This document shows, in pieces, positions 61,695 to 64,000 of a DNA stretch of 64,000 bases. Every line of letters starts with the position of its first letter. The first letter of the stretch is position 1. Location of the stretch: positions 87,544,001 to 87,608,000 of the forward strand of contig OX597824.1 in NCBI GenBank assembly GCA_951406725.2, given 5' to 3'. The translations under genes were made by a program, and so were the position numbers. Under the pieces are notes generated by a model that was given only the letters and a program-made list of their open reading frames with translations, was not told the origin of the DNA and did not search any database. The stretch is from Octopus vulgaris (taxonomy: Eukaryota).

Positions 61695-62904
61695 TGTTAC
61701 AAACAATATAGTGAGCCAAGGCATTTAAATCAGTTAATATTGCACTAGTAATGAGAAGAACAAAGCTTAATTTTCAATTTGTGGGAAGGAGGGCAAGGGG
61801 AGGCAACCCTAAAGGAACAAGTACACTGAACTGTATATATTTTCCAGACTTGCAAAGTGATGCTGCCAAAGTTTACACTAAAAATCTTATTATTTGTCTT
61901 TAAAGTTTTAAGTTACAAAAATAGCTTGGTCTACAATAGAGAGCATCATCATTGCAAGAAATGTCAATCAAATATTATTTTCAATCAGTTGCCGTTTGGC
62001 TAAACGCTAAGTTTTATTAAACAGCAATATAGCAACCAAAGAGCTTGCTTTATAATCTGCTGATTCATAAATTTACAGGGATGGAAAAACGAAAATGGAA
62101 AAAGTATTCGAAAATAATATGGAGAAATTTAAATAATTAAAACACACAGGATAATCAAAAATAGAATTAAAAAGTCAAACTACACATAAAGCAGTTTTTT
62201 TTGAAATTTTAAGTTAAAGTTGTACTCCAATTTAAATATTAACTTTCAAACAATAATTTTTAGATATAATTTTCTTCGGGATTTAGAAATTTTTCGGGAT
62301 TTAGTAGTGAAATATTGTCAAAATATTTTTGTAAAAAAAATAAATTCAAGAATATAAAATTATTCATGTAGAAAATTCAAAACTATGTTTTATACCAACT
62401 TTTAAAGTTTATAATTCGGGAGAAGTGTTGGTTAGATATTAAAATTTATAGGAAAATAAAAGAAAAAGTTAAAAAGATATCTGACAGTTTTTCGGAAAAA
62501 AAAAAAATCTGACATACCACATTTGCCAGTGTGTAAGATACACTCTCACATGAAACAAACACCTACAACTTCAATAAGTTTCATCATACACTCGTCTGTA
62601 TCTTATTCATAATACAGTCGCATCTTATACACAAGCAGATATGGAAAGAAAAGTAAATGGACAAATGCATTTACTTCACCCTTCTTCATTTAATCAAAAC
62701 AAATAATTTTTATAGAATATAAAACCCCAATTAAAATGGGAAAAAGTGTAACTGATTGAATCAACAATATATTGTTGTTGTTCATTTAAATCAACTCTAA
62801 TTAGTTCTCAAAGCAATTAAATATATCTGACTTGCTCCAAAAGAATAAATTACAACATTCAGAAAAAATAAAAAAGAGAAAATTACTAAATAATTTCTTT
62901 GTAA

Positions 62905-63335
62905 TTTTGGCACAATGCCAGCAATTTTGAGGGATGGCAAAGTTGATTATATTGACGCCAGTGCTCAACTGGTGCTTATTTTATCATTCTCCAAAGGATG
63001 AAAGGCAAAGTCAATCTCAGTGACATTCAAACTGAGAATATAATTAACTAGAAGAAAATACCTATTTCTTTACTACCCACAAGGGGCTAAACACAGAGGG
63101 GACAAACAAGGACAGACATAGGTATTAAGTGGATTACATCGACCCCAGTGCGTAACTGGTACTTAATTTATCAACCCCGAAAGGATGAAAGGCAAAGTCG
63201 ACCTCAGCGGAATTTGAACTCAGAACGTAACGCAGACGAAATACCGCTAAGCATTTCGCCCGGCGCGCTAACGTTTCTGCCAGCTCGCAATACCATTAAG
63301 CATTTTGTCTGACAGGATAACAATTCTGCCAACAT
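62905..63335 (-). mobile_element. Young family-A SINE (63063-63288) nested in an older related SINE
   Basis: The older copy resumes after a short aatacc duplication. Confidence 0.7.
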
Positions 63336-63442
63336 GCCACTACAGAAAATTACAAAATAGTTAATATTTATCTAAGTTGAAATCCAAATTTATAACTAGA
63401 CAATCAAAGTTTAAACCATATTTCAATAAGCATACTAAAATC

Positions 63443-63742
63443 ATTGCAGCGTAGAAGGTGTTTATAAGCCATTTAAGAAACATACAAAAACCGTTAGATT
63501 CACTTCAACATTTAAATTTAATTTGTCAAAATATTTTCGTCGCTTTGAACCACGACCTGTTCACTGACAAAACTTCGTGCTGCATCGAAAATATTTTGAC
63601 AAATTAAATTTAAATGTTGAAGTGAATCTAACGGTTTTTTGTGTGTTTCTTAAATGGCTTATAATCACCTTCCATGCTGCAATTGTTTTCGTTCCAGCAC
63701 ACAATCTCAGATCAGGTCACTTGCTATGCAAGTACATCTCCA
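63443..63742 (+). mobile_element. Fold-back Penelope-like element: ~97-bp arms, G3-C8 hammerhead on minus strand (63522-63571), unpaired tail
   Basis: Arms 63443-63539 / 63586-63683; minus strand TTTGTCA GTGAACA G GTCGT ggttcaaa GCGAC GAAA ATAT TT TGACAAA. Confidence 0.75.
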
Positions 63743-64000
63743 TAAATACTAAAATCATTATTTTTTTAATTAAATTATTACAATTAAATTCATATATCAA
63801 CAAACAAGCTTGAAAATTTAAAAGCAAACAAATTATGAAATTTAAATTTTGACATTGAAATTTGAATTTTCCAACAAGTTGGTGGAGAGATTTAATAAAA
63901 CTTCAGCAATTTCTTCTTCAATTTGTTTTGGTGGCTGGAAAAAGCAAAACCAAAACAATATAAATAATAAAAAATATGCATGGTTTCTTGAACGTTGGAT

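Noticed and set aside
43100-64000. A second host gene downstream of CABIN1
   Set aside because: No ORF or splice-bounded segment with recognisable protein similarity was seen; small exons on either strand cannot be excluded.

Overview
Eukaryotic, AT-rich, repeat-dense DNA whose SINE/MITE families look like those of Octopus (inferred). The + strand carries the 3' part of a CABIN1 gene (calcineurin-binding protein 1 / HIRA-complex subunit). I traced 24 GT-AG coding exons from 1023 to the stop at 40226, all phase-compatible (about 1490 codons), followed by a repeat-free candidate 3' UTR. Introns and downstream DNA hold tRNA-derived SINEs, piggyBac, hAT, mariner and Helitron non-autonomous elements, LINE fragments, a 26-bp minisatellite and microsatellites. 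Most supplied ORFs are repeat artefacts. Three observations stand out. (1) A set of short non-coding fold-back, Penelope-like elements carries minimal type I hammerhead ribozyme folds whose 3-8 core pair differs between families (C3-G8, G3-C8, probably U3-A8). (2) One SINE family inserts as monomers, dimers and trimers with one invariant internal junction. (3) Short linear motifs (DHxY, PxIxIT-like, PIDLT, MEF2-binding helix) are retained in the disordered parts of CABIN1. All calls were made by eye and repeat boundaries are approximate.
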